A stretch of 64,000 nucleotides of DNA from Zootoca vivipara (GCF_963506605.1 NC_083277.1:73842001-73906000), one strand, 5' to 3'; shown: positions 49,841-62,433, numbered from the stretch's first letter. Notes: generated by a model from the letters alone, not told the origin. Made by a program: numbers and translations.

Positions 49841-51112
49841 GCTAAAACATATACAATGCCATAGTTTAAAACAATATAAAAACAAATCTATAAAATCTAG
49901 CAAACAAATTTAATAAAAACAGCACAGCACTGTTAAAAGCCCCCCCGCCCCTCAAATTAAACAGTTCCCAAAAGCCCACTGGAATAAAATGGTCTTCTCC
50001 TGCTAGTGGAAGGACAATAAGGAGGGAGCCAGTCTAGCCTCCGTAGGGAGGGAGTTTCCCTTGAGACTTCTGGGGAAGGGGGTTAATAAATTCATAACAA
50101 AAATAAACATGAGGCAGTATGTAAAATGCCTAAACAAGCTAAAACCAGATTAAAACACATGTTGACAGGTAGAATGTTGGCAGTTGTTTTAACCTGATTT
50201 TTTGCTTATTGTTGATTTTAATCATTTTAACCACTGAAGTTGTTTTAAACTATTTTTTACTGATAATTGTATTGTTTCATCCTTTTTGTAAACCACTGAA
50301 GTATACGAATCTTGTGAAATAAATAAAGATGCCAACTTGCAAGGCTGCAAACCCATTTTGGCTCTTGCCCCGCTGACTTATGGATCTCTCTTTGCTTGCT
50401 ATTTTTCCAGTTCCACATTCCATGCCTACTGAATATACATTGTTTTGTGGTTTATTTCCCTACTAGATTTTTTGTTTTTTACTTCTACAGCCCTCAGTCT
50501 TCTAACCTCCTGGTTCCCCCAAGCATGTTAATATACCTCTCTCCTGTTGGTTCCCCACTTTAGTTCCAGTCCTGTCACTCTCAGTCCCTGACTTCATTAT
50601 GAGAGGGAGGAAGACTGCCTTAATCCCTTTCTCGATGTTTCCAAATGGATATTGCTGACAACCCCCCCCCCCTGCCCAATACATGCCCCAACTCCAGCTT
50701 TTGAGATCATCAAAAGAAATTGGCAGGTTTTCGTTCTCATTCTGAATGCTTCACATGCTCTTATTGTATACACAGAGCTCCCTAAGTATCACCATTTCTT
50801 CCCCTGCTGAGATACTAATATCTGAAGCAATGAAACCTGATCTGAAATGTTTGAATTTGAAATGATGACAGACAGTGCCAGGGCAGACATAACAGTCGAC
50901 ATCTATGAAGTTCTTTGCTGCAGACTGAGACGCCCTCTACTGAGGAAAGTGGTTTTTTAAAAAAAACGAAAGGAAATTATGAATTTTGTAGTGTTTCTCA
51001 AATCAAGGTTTTTCTTCTCATGTAGTTTTGGAATTTTAATACTGTATTATTATCCAGCCTCATACAACATCTATAGACCACCCTGTATGTTTGAAGAGCA
51101 GTATAAACATCA

Positions 51113-51304
51113 ATCAATGTTAGGAAAGATTGAGGGCACAAGGAGAAGGGGACGACAGAGGATGAGATGGTTGGACAGTGCTCTCGAAGCTACTAGCATG
51201 AATTTGACCAAACTGGGGGAGGCAGTGGAAGACAGCAGTGCCTGGCGTGCTCTGGTCCATGGGGTCATGAAGAGTCGGACACGACTAAATGACTAAATGA
51301 CAAC
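51113..51304 (+). mobile_element. Bov-B (RTE) LINE 3' end
   Basis: Encodes MLGKIEGTRRRGRQRMRWLDSALEATSMNLTKLGEAVEDSSAWRALVHGVMKSRTRLND*; 10-bp TSD ataaacatca (51103-51112/51305-51314). Confidence 0.93.
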
Positions 51305-51331
51305 ATAAACATCATATAATACCATGGAAAG

Positions 51332-51372
<41 letters not shown>

Positions 51373-52300
51373 CAGAAAGATCTGAATAATGTGGGACCAG
51401 GGGTTGCCTTATCTTGAATAACATTATCTGCCTGGTCGCTTTGATCCACGGAAGAGAAGCTTTTATTAATTGTCTCCTCCCAAGGTTTGGCTTATGTCCA
51501 CTAAGAACAGGGCCATTAGTGGAGATGTGCTTGTACTTTGAAAGGCATTTTCAATTAACATCAGGTACATACAATACTGACCTTTAGGTCCATGCTTAAA
51601 AACTTATCTATTCCCTCAAGCTTTTCCTATGAGGTAATTAAAAATATTACTGCATTAAGTATTTTGTACTTGTTATGAACATAGCTAGTCGAGCTATTCT
51701 AACAAGGAATCATAGAATTGTAGAGTTCTATGACCGGAGGGTCACCTAGTCCAACCTTCTGCAATGCAGGAATCTCAACGAAAGCATCCATGACAGAGGG
51801 CCACTCCGAAAGAAGAGTGGCAGATGAAAATGATGGACTTTGTGGAATTGGAGAAGCTGATGGGAAAACTACGAAACCAGCGAGATCAAGTATTCCAAAA
51901 GATGAGAATATAAAAGGGATTGTGATGGGGGGGGGAGTATAAAGTAAGAGCCTTTGCGGACGACTTGATCATCATTAATGAAAATCCGATAGAATGCATC
52001 CCAAGAGCAATAGAGTGTATAAATGAATTAGAACACCTAGCTGGCTTTAAGATAAACTATTTTAAAAAATGAATCTATTAGTTAAAAATATGGGGAATCA
52101 AGATAAAAGTAAGCTACAAAAAAATCTCAGGGTTGGAGATTTTTAAAAAAGATGAAATATCTCGGCATATGGATGACAACAAAAAATATAGACCTATTTC
52201 AAGAAAACTACCTTAAAGTATGGAAGGAGATAAGGAGAAATTTAGAAACTTGAAATAGGCTATCTATCGTTTTGGGGCCGTATCCCAACAGTAAAGAGGA

Positions 52301-52352
<52 letters not shown>

Positions 52353-52361
52353 TATTATTTA

Positions 52362-52727
52362 AAGGTAAAGGTAAAGGGGCCCCTGACCATCAGGTCCAGT
52401 TGTGTCTCTCTCTGTAGTTGCGGTGCTCATTTCACTCTATAGGCCAAGGGAGCCAGCGTTTGTCCGCAGACAGCTTCCGGGTCATGTGGCCAGCATGACA
52501 AAGCTGCTTCTGGCGAACCAGAGCAGCGCACGGAAACGCCATTTACCTTCCTGCCGGAGCGGTCCTTATTTATCTACTTGCACTTTGATGTGCTTTCGAA
52601 CTGCTAGGTGGGCAGGAGCTGGGACCGGGCAACGGGAGCTCACCCCGTTGCAGGGATTCAAACCACAGACCTTCTGATCAGCAAGCCCTAGGCTCAGTGG
52701 TTTAACCTACAGCGCCACCTGGGTCCC
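52362..52727 (-). mobile_element. Sauria SINE, full length
   Basis: Head gggacccaggtggcgctgtagg and (ACCTTT)n tail on the minus strand; 14-bp TSD taatgtattattta (52348-52361/52728-52741). Confidence 0.95.
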
Positions 52728-53063
52728 TAATGTATTATTTATACCCCACCTATCTGGCTGGGTTTCCCCAGCCACTCATTCTATTGCCTAGAATGATATT
52801 TCTAATCCGAACCATGTCGATTCTAGGTGGCATGGATTGTTTTAAGAAGTGGAAAAGAGATCTATCCAGGTTTGTATGGAATGGGGGGGAACCTAGAATA
52901 AAATATAAATTACTTATTGATTGGAGAAAGAGAGGCAGATTTGACCTACCTGACCTGGAATTACCATGCTGCAGCAGGTCTGACCTGGATTACGTTAAAG
53001 AATACTGATGTGTTAGATCTGGAGGGAGTAGATACTTGATTTGGATGGCATGCATACCTAATA

Positions 53064-53293
53064 CAGTGGTACCTCGGGTTACAGATGCTTCAGGTTACGC
53101 GTTTTCAGGTTGTGTACCGCGGGAAACCCGAAAGTACTGGAAAGGGTTACTTCTGTGTTTCACCACTTGTGCATGCACAGAAGCAGCAAATTGTGTCATG
53201 CGTGTGCGCAGATGCAGCGCTGCAGGATACGAACGTTGCAGGTTGTGGACGTGCCTCCATCATGGAATATGTACGCAACCTGAGGTTCCACTG
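53064..53293. mobile_element. Tc1/mariner (Tigger-like) MITE
   Basis: TA TSD; TIRs cagtggtacctcgggtt/aacctgaggttccactg. Confidence 0.9.
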
Positions 53294-53797
53294 TAGATTA
53301 AAAGGTGAGAGTCCACAAGAGTTTTATGGACCATATTATAAGGAAATCATTGTATAAAATAAAAAGAACGGTCAGACCAATATTTATGTATGCAACTGTG
53401 GTGGCAAGGTTATTAATTGCCAAAAATTGGAAAAGCAGCAGCGTCCCAACTAAAACTGACTGGCTATCTAAAATGACGGTATACTTCCATATTGCCAAAT
53501 TAACAGGGAGGATAAGAGGAGATACGGTACAAAAAGTGAATAAGGAGTGGGCTATCTTTAAGGAATACATCAAAATCTATGTGGAAAAAGTAGAACTTTT
53601 GACAGATATTGAGTGAATCCACAAAAGTATTAGAGTGAAGGCAGAGTAAAATTAAGATAGAAGAAGAGATTAAAGAAATAGCGAAATGCATTTAAGCTAA
53701 TTGGAAAAATAAAGTAGCGTAGCAAGAACGGCTGGAAGTCAAGTCACTTGGTGGGTGTCCGTGTGGGGTAGGTGTGTAGGTATGTTGATATGTAGAG

Positions 53798-53933
53798 CAG
53801 ACATCCCCAAACTTCGGCCCTCCAGATGTTTTGGACTACAATCCCCATCATCCCTGACCACTGGTCCTCTTAGCTAGGGATCATGGGAGTTGTAGGCCAA
53901 AACATCTGGAGGGCCGCAGTTTGGGGATGCCTG
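53798..53933. mobile_element. 136-bp hAT (Charlie-like) MITE
   Basis: TIRs cagacatccccaaact/agtttggggatgcctg; perfect TSD atgtagag. Confidence 0.93.
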
Positions 53934-54078
53934 ATGTAGAGTATAGGGTGGTATAATATAGGTAGGTATATAATATAGAGTAATGTAGGTATATTTTATG
54001 CTATGAAAATAAGGTAGTGTGTTGTGTATATGTATTGTGTAAATGTAAATGTATGCGTTTTATATGTTAATAAAATAA

Positions 54079-54082
<4 letters not shown>

Positions 54083-54125
<43 letters not shown>
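54083..54125. repeat. (TA)n microsatellite
   Basis: Direct tandem array. Confidence 0.95.
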
Positions 54126-54127
<2 letters not shown>

Positions 54128-54447
54128 TACTGGAGTAAATTTATACAATATTTGAAAGAGCATTGTAACCAATTAACAACACTAGCAGGGTTACCCGAAG
54201 ACCTGTAATGAGAAATTTTTTATCTTTCTATATTTATTTAAATGTTGAGGTATTTTGTAATGAGTTATATTAGAAATGGAATATATCTATAATGCTGTGA
54301 TGTAAAGGTTACTTTTGAAAGCCAATAGGTGGGAGGAAAGGAAGTTGACAGGCTCTAAAGAGCCAAAAGAAGTAATGTGGATAATAACAATGTATATATG
54401 TTTAAACTGAAAATTAATTTTAAAAAAATCATTTTTTTAAAAAAAGA

Positions 54448-54570
54448 CAGAGGGCCACTCAACCTCTGCTTAAAAACCTCCAATGAAGGAGAGCCCATAA
54501 CTTCCCAAGGGAGACTGTTCCACTGTGGAATTGCTGCTACTGTCAGAAAGGCCATCCTGATGTTCCTGTA
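54448..54570 (-). mobile_element. CR1 LINE ORF2 C-terminal fragment
   Basis: FLTVAAIPQWNSLPWEVMGSPSLEVFKQRL is the typical CR1 ORF2 end. Confidence 0.85.
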
Positions 54571-55739
54571 ACCAGCTCTGCTGCATTTTGGACCTGCTGA
54601 AGTTTCTGAACACTTTCCAAAAACAGAGCATGTAGCAGTAATCCAAACAGGTGGCAACTGAGGCATCTATTAATGTGGCCAGGTCAGACATCTCCAGGAA
54701 TGGGCACAGCTGATTCCCTTGGCATCTAGGCTGAGAGCTGAATCCAGGAGCTCACCAAAGATGCAATCTGAGGTTTCAGATTCCCATAGCTTTTGTTTGG
54801 GAAGTATCGCTTAGCCCTCCAGTGATCTGGAAGTTATACACGTAAGCTGTATTCCCCCATTATTCGCTGCTGGCATGCAGAAAGCTCTTGGTAAAGCGCA
54901 TATAGGTTCTGCCCAGCCTGTTTGGAATCGCTACTGTATGACATTGTTCAAACCTGAAAATTCAAATGGTGACACATGACCCCAAATACCAAAAGATTAA
55001 TGAGGAAAGTGTGTTCGTCTCTTCTAACATCAGTTGTTTGACTATTTATGAGATTTGGCTTGTGGATTTCTTTGGAAGAATTAGAGCTCCCCAAAAAGGT
55101 CTACTTGAAAACAGATGTTTTGTACTTCCATTTTCACTACATGGCTCTTTGATGAATAATGGATTATAAGATAGGAAATGCCATATCTTTTTAACATTCT
55201 TCAAGTAGCGCCATATAGTTAATGAGGTACAAGCAATTCTCCCAAACCTGGATGCATTTTCCGCAACTGCTGTGCTTGTGAAATGATGGACTCTTTCATA
55301 ATTTTGGTCTTTGATGTTGAAACTGATCACCTATAAAAGGGGTGAAAGTGGGAAGATTTTCTGTCTTCTGTTTATAGTCATGAATGACTTGGCAAATCCA
55401 TAGTATACTGAAAGTTTGAGCATCTTCCCTTTTGCTAACTGAAAATGGAGACAGAGGGTCAGTAGATGATAGAAGAATTTGCAATTGAGAAGCTAGATTT
55501 AAGGACACAATATATGAATTGCTTTTGGCTTTCTTTCTTGCTGACATCCAGGTACATGAAAATTTGTCCCTATGAATTTTCTTTAAAGAATTTTAGCTAT
55601 AAGTTATTCTACTTAGTTGTAGAAGAACTTACTTTGGCATTCACTTTATGTTTCCTTCTTCCTGTCTGACCCCAAAGATTTGCGATATTAACAGCAAGAA
55701 GATTTTGATTAACCTACAAGGGTCATTTGTTCGTCCACA

Positions 55740-56090
55740 TTACCTTAGCGTTTGAAATTTGATTCAGTTCATATTTAAGGGCAAGCCTATCTAATTCACA
55801 CTTTCTGATGCAAAATGTGAACTAAAACACACCCATCCTTTGAAATTCACATATTTCTGAATTTTGTAATTCTCCAGCCAAGTAATGTGCATAAAACTGG
55901 ATGTATAAGGTGTGCATAAATATTAGTGAGGGGCATGCAAAAATACATTATATTAGGGGAAATTATTTTTGCAGAAATGTATACTGGTGAAATTACATAT
56001 AAAATGTGTATATTGGGAGAAATTCACATTCAATGCTGATGAATTTTCATGACGACTTAAAAACACCTCTCCACATGTTGATGTGAAAAT
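55740..56090 (-). mobile_element. Unclassified interspersed repeat (relatives at ~7295-7415, 28920-29530, 34013-34165)
   Basis: Shared core aagtcctcatgaaaattcatcagcatt..gtgaattt.tctaa in four places. Confidence 0.65.
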
Positions 56091-57013
56091 GCATTCTTTT
56101 CAGTGTGTGGGGGGTCACCCTCTTCTCAACCCCTCTCCTAGCTGATCACCACAGCAGGCTTATTGCCTTCTTTCCCAAGTGTACCCAAACAGATGTGTTA
56201 TGATGCTTCTCTTGGTGTCCGTCCCTCCATAAATTTCTCTGACAGAAAGGTAAAACAATATACTAAGACTGGAAGAACAGGGTGGGGGAAGGAAGGAATG
56301 TGGTGTATATCAGAGACAAAATGCTGAGAACTGGGCCCTGTGTAAAACAGCTGGCTCCCTTGGCCACTAAAGTCCACCTTAAAACTTTGCCCTGGCGGCT
56401 GCTTCAGCAGCCTAATATCTAGGATCCCATGCCCATCCTCTCACCTGCTGCCTCCTTATGTACCTGTTAACATCCTTACAAACCCCGGGAATGTCAAGCA
56501 GATGCTAGCATTCCATGCTGCTGATCAAAAGGTTGCCTAGCAACTGCCTGCCTCTCATCTCAGAAGCAGAAATTCAGCTGTGCTTCGACCAAGCACCCAG
56601 GGAACTGTGGGTCCTTTCCCTCTAACATTTCAATGAAGTAGACTCTGGTCCCTGATGCCGTAATCAATTTATTAGCTTTCGAGGCACTACAACACTCTTT
56701 GTTATGCAGATGAGGCTACAGCAGGAGATTTAACAGCTATGGCAAGATACCGCTTGTACTACCGGGGGCTGATAGCAAATGAAATCTGCTGAGGAGTCAG
56801 AGAGGGGGAAAGGAAACTTACGGTACACCAGGTCTTGGATTGATCCAGAGCAAAAGGCAATGGCATAGCTGCCAAGTTTTCCCTTTTCTCGCGAGGAAGC
56901 CTATTCAGCATAAGGGAAAATCCCTTAAAAAAAGGGATAACTTGGCAGCTATGGGCAATGGTGGTCATGAATAAATTCAGGGCTGAAAAATGCTGTGCTG
57001 ACTTACCTTACAG

Positions 57014-57342
57014 CAGAGATGGGGAACCTGTTGCCCTCCAGATGTGGTTAGCATTCCAAGGCCACATCTTCACTACATGTTTAAAGCATCATCATGCTAC
57101 TTTAAACCCAGAGTTTAACAGTCAAGCTATGTTTCTAGGGAACTCTGGGAACTGTAGCTCTTTGAGGGGAATGAGGGTCTCATAAAAATTCTCAGCACCC
57201 TTAATGAACAACCATTCCCATGCAATGGTGATGTTTTATATAGTGCAGATGGAGCCTAACTCCCATCATCCTTGATAATGGCCTATGCTATCTGGAGCTG
57301 ATGGAAATCCAACATCTGAAGAGCCACAGGTAATTATTCCTG
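57014..57342. mobile_element. hAT MITE with a nested PIF/Harbinger-like MITE (57060-57256)
   Basis: Outer TSD ccttacag/ccttatag; inner TIRs ggccacatcttcacta/tagtgcagatggagcc flanked by caa/taa. Confidence 0.7.
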
Positions 57343-57626
57343 CCTTATAGGACTGTTGCAAGATAATTAATATGAAGACTTTATGCACATAAGGAAATAT
57401 TGGCATGATTTAAACAGATATATAGATAGTTTGCATTCTATCAATGTTTCATTGCTTTTTAGTTATTGTTTTTTTCTATGTTTTTAGCAATTCTTGTTTT
57501 TATATGTAAGCCGCCTACCAGGGGAAAAGGTGCGGTATGATATAAATAAATGACTCAATAGATATTAAATATTAGTTACAGTAGCTCTGTCTTAGCTGGT
57601 GTCGGCTCTGAAGTAATCTTAGATGG

Positions 57627-57675
<49 letters not shown>

Positions 57676-57709
57676 GATAGATGATAGATGATAGATAGAT
57701 AGATAGATA
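57627..57709. repeat. (GATA)n microsatellite, imperfect
   Basis: Direct tandem array. Confidence 0.95.
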
Positions 57710-58379
57710 TAGAATCACCTGCCTTCCCAGCTTTTCTTTGGACTGTTCCATTGTGTGAAAGCAACAATGAGTGAATGAACAGGAGGGGTGAGGGATGGGG
57801 GCCACATGAGATGCCTACACAAGCAGATGGAGCTGTCAGTTCCAAATAGCATTTGCAGTGGTCAGTGCTACATGTCTAGAAATTTAATTCTGGCCTGTCC
57901 TTGAATCCTAACAGGTACCTATTTGGTGCTCACATAATTTCCATCCTCAGCAGTCTGGGAGATGGGCCAAAGCGATATGCTGTAGAATTTATTAGAAGGT
58001 GCTGGTCCAATCTGAACGAGGTGCCAGTCAAATCTCATGATTGGCACTTGCAAAGTGGGTGGCTGCAAAACCGTAGCTTGGGTGGAATCAAAGACATACT
58101 TGTAATGAAGTCAAATTCAGTGACATTTAATTTTGCCCTATGGTCAGTTCTGGTCAATCTTTTTAAAAGCATTAATAAACATGTGAGCAGATCATTATGT
58201 GAGCTAGATATGGGTGGATGTAATTGAATGCATAGCCCACCCTTCTTCCCAAAGACACTCAAGGTGGCAAACCCATCAGTAGTAAATTGATGCCATTTAA
58301 ACTAATATAAAAACATACTAAAACCATCTAAAACAACCAGATATCCTCACAGTTAATGATTAGCACGTGAAGCTGTCTT

Positions 58380-58476
58380 ATACTGAATCAGACCATTGGT
58401 TTATCTAATCTAGCTCTTGGCTGCTCAATACTGAATCAGACCATTGGTTTATCTAATCTAGCTCTTGGCTGCTCAA
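58380..58476. repeat. Perfect 48-bp tandem duplication inside a minus-strand tRNA-SINE remnant
   Basis: atactgaatcagaccattggtttatctaatctagctcttggctgctca occurs twice. Confidence 0.95.
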
Positions 58477-60557
58477 GGGCAGCCAGCGTAGTGCTCTCCA
58501 GATGCTATGGACTACAAGATATTAGTTAGGGGCCTCTGCTAGTCCTCCTACCAGAGATCCTTGTAACTGGAGAAGCCACAGATTGAACATGGGTTTCCCT
58601 GCATCTAAATCATATGCTGTACAATTGTCCTACATTGTAGCGACAGTAAGATGATCTCCCTTACATCTATAAGAGGCCTTTTCTCCCTGTGCATGTCCTT
58701 GAGTTGCATGTCTTCTGTTGCCACAAGTGAGCTGGTGCAGGACCTGGACAATATATCCTGATGGGAAACGATGGCATTTACTGGTGCATTCGTCCACAGG
58801 TCTGCATGCAGATGCATGAACCACACACCCATGTTGGCATTGGTGTGTTGAGACCAGGGGAGCATTTCACACGGCCCCCGTCAAGCAGAGAGAAGGCCCT
58901 GGGAGGTAAAAACATGACAGTGGCCTGCACAGGTACATTGTTGTGAGTAAGCTCTGCTCTCGTTGAAATGCCTTTATGGCCAACAGCATTGCTCCCAAAC
59001 TGTCACCGCAGACAAAATGAGTGATTCCAATGAAATCCAGCCTTTTGAGCCAAGGTAGGCTTTCCGGGGCTCAGGAGCAAGAGTGAATGCTGAAATGCAG
59101 ATAAAACCAGTGGAGGCATCTCTTTGTTTTTCTCTGATAGGATTTGTCTACCTATCACACAACTTGTTGGAGGCTATTGGTTGGTTTGGCCAATTTGATA
59201 GGGAGACACTTAGTTGATGGCAACCGGCAACCAGCCACAATGCGGTTATTTGTACTTTGGTCAGATTAGTCAAAACAATTTGGGCCCATTTGAGCTGTAT
59301 GTTGTTGACTGGTGCAACATTGGTCCTGTATGCAAAGATACAATTATTATACAGAATTTCCTTGTTCAGTGATATGCACTCATTAACTATGAGCCAATAT
59401 AAAGGCTGTATTTCCACTAGAGCAGAAAACTCAAACCAAAGCTACATCACTGCTACAAAGGGCCATGCCTTCACGAGAGAGAAGTAGATTGCAAAACCAT
59501 TAGTATAAAGTAAGGGGGCATATTTTTCCTTTTTGAGTTAGTACCACTTTTGAGGTCACCTGCCCCCCCCCCCTTTTACATGGGGCAGGCATGTTTTTTT
59601 AGTACAATTCCTTCTCAGTGATGCAATGTCGTCAAGACCCGGCCATGCCAGGAGGACTTTCTGTGCTGTATTCAGGAGCCCTCGCCACTCCTAGCTTTGG
59701 GTGGCTGGATGACCTGTTTTGGAGCTCCTTATAAGATGGGGGCAGGGGGTGGGCAGAATGCTACCAGACAGAGTCAGTTATACAGCCCTCAGACACCTTA
59801 AAAAGAGTTCTGCAGAACTGTGGATTCTGAAGCGAGCCATGAACTGATCATGGTCCCGAAGTGAGTCCACTTCAGAATCTAAGCCCTCCTCCAATCCCTA
59901 CCTACTTCTCTTCAGTTAAATTCCGACAGCTTTCATGAAGAAAAACATGCAATGATTATGACTGATTGGGAGACTCATCTTAACTCCACCAGAGGACGCT
60001 ATTGTTAAATTTATGTGGGGATCGTCAGGAAGCATATGCAATGGGAAGAGCATTCTATTATCCCCCTCAGGGGGGAAAAAACCTGCATTGTAATCCCCAG
60101 AGCTCATCCTTTTCTCTGACATCCTGCGCCTAAAAGAAAAGATATCCTATCTGCGAAATGAGCAAGCGCCTCTCTGTTTTTATCACAAAGAAGAAGCAGA
60201 TGCCAGGTATTTGGGGGTCACCCTCGTTGAATGTGCACCAGTATTGTTGGTCTTTTGAAAACCCAGAGGAGGAAAAGCATTATATCACAAAAAAAGAAAA
60301 AAAAGAAAAGATCTTTCGTCAGGGAAGGGGAGAATACAAAATATGCAAATGTAATTTCAATAAAGATTGGACTGTGCCTTTGGGGAAAAGAAATGCCTAC
60401 CATGTTAAAATAATTACATTGGCAGATTCTGATTCACCTTTTCACTGATATCTAGCGCTTTTCAGGACTCAGCCTTGGGACAGAATTTTCAGAGCCAGGA
60501 AAGATTCAGAGGTGAAATATGTGATATTTAAAAAGAAAAGGGGGTGGGGAATGTGGG

Positions 60558-60712
60558 AAGGGGCCGTAGCACTGTAGAAGAGCATGGGCTCTGTAATGAG
60601 GAAGCCCCAGATTTAATTCCTGATGTTGCCAATTAAAAGGATCCCAGGGATCAGGACGTAGAAATATCTCTGCCTGAGACCCCAGGGAATCAGCTACCAG
60701 GGTACACAACAC
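60558..60712 (+). mobile_element. Degenerate tRNA-derived SINE (Squam3-like)
   Basis: ggggccgtagcactgtagaagagcatgggct...ccagatttaattcctg...ctctgcctgagaccc. Confidence 0.55.
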
Positions 60713-62431
60713 CGACTCTCAGCATTCAACCTTCTCCATGCAGCTGCTGGCTTGCAAATGCTCAACACTGATCAAAATCCATCTAGCCTACCCATAGCCA
60801 AAGAATCCATAGAATTCAAAGAGGACTGTCTCATATATATAAAACACCTAACACAGCAATTTTCCAACCCTGCCCCTATTAATCTCCAAGTGAGACTACT
60901 GGGGTGTTTGTGTCCTTAGATGCCTACTCAGTCCTGTCTACTGTGAACTGTGGTGATAGCCCAGCATACCCCTGATCTTTTTCCTGTTTATTCCTCTCCC
61001 CCTGCCCATTAGCCATTGCTGGACTTTCTGGGGGATGGAGGCTGTGCACACAGAGGGCAATGGAAATTGCCAGATATTTTGGCTCAGGACGGTCATGTCA
61101 TCCACAAAAGAGCATCTTGCTTTGTTTGTCAGTAGCAGATATTGGAGGAGGGCAACCAAGTGGCGTGGAACAAAGGATGGAAGAATCATAGAGAAAGTGA
61201 ACTGGTCATCCTGACTGTAGATCCACAGGTGGCTAGTTGGCCAGCATTTTCATGAAATCCTTTCCATTTGGCATGCACGATGAGCTTTCAAACCGAACTC
61301 CATGTGTTCCCATTATGAGGCTGCTATTTATAAGATATTCCACAAGGGGGCAATGGAGACATATTTGATATTTAGCTCTCTTTCTCTGCTTCCTATTCTC
61401 CTTCCGAAAAATGTTTTCCTGCTCTTCAAGGATATAAATTTTAGTTCTAGGAGGGAAAGAGGGAGGTGGAGGAGGGAGAATCCAACAGTCTCTCAGTGCT
61501 AGCAACGTGATTCTTGTCCTGAAAGGAATTAATTATGCCTTCCTATCCCTACTTACCTTCAGTAGCCCCACTGAGTAGGGCTTGCTTGCCGAGTAGGCAA
61601 GGAAGTCCTTCTTTCTTGTGATTTCTCTGGAGGATGCACTCAACAGTAGCATGTCCTCCCATCGTGACAAAGTAGAATTATCCCACCTCTCATTTCTGTG
61701 CTTCTTCGCCTTAGGTGCACGTCCTCTTAGTGCTGTATTGCAGAACCGGGAATTCAGGAAGTATTTGCATAGGCTACACTTCCAATCTCTCAAAGACCTT
61801 TGTGCAGGCAGAGCTCAGCACTGCACAGTGGCAATTTTGGCCTGCCTCTTGCTTTATTCATGGTTGATCTCGAATATTTTGGGAGCTCATATTCAGTGGA
61901 ATGGTTTTTAGAAGCCTCTTAACAGTTTTGCACGTTAGGTGCAACCCTCCCTGGCGGAAGCTTCTGTGACAAGCTCAGGAAAGGTGTTCCGGTGGGCGGG
62001 GGGGAGGTACTGACATCAGATGTAAAGTCTCAACCTCTCGTTAGGTTGCAACATTATTTCTGCAGGTGGTGCTAATTAACATAGTCCAAATGCACACACA
62101 TCCAAATATAGACAACTTCTGAGCTAAACTGGGCAACTTACCATTTTGCCTCAAGTGCGAGGAAGATGTCAGGGTTTTAACCTTTCTCTGTTTTACAGAA
62201 GACCCCCAAATCATTGCAAATCTGTGCCTAAAACTGCATAGCAAACAGGCTGGCTCAAATCTCTCGCCACACATGCCAGTTTCCATAACAGAGATTGAGG
62301 TGAAAGGTGGGATCATCATGAACAACTCCCTGAGCTTCCAGCTGAACAGTTCATAGTCCTATGGCCATGTAATAACCTCATGGACATCTATGTGTGATAG
62401 TTTCCTCCATTCCCAGTTCAGCGCTGCATCA

Positions 62432-62433
<2 letters not shown>

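Larger units (their letters stand above)
51890..54082 (+). mobile_element. L1-clade LINE, 5'-truncated, internally deleted and interrupted
   Basis: ORF2 remnants EYKVRAFADDL (RT catalytic motif), KYLGIWMT, ILLPRMIFL..FVWNGGEPRIKYKLL..RGRFDLPDL, FMYATVVARLLIAKNWK..P...W; AT-rich 3' UTR ending aataaaataaa. Confidence 0.85.

Noticed and set aside
58380-58476. CRISPR-like direct repeats
   Set aside because: Adjacent tandem units with no spacers, in eukaryotic DNA with no cas genes.
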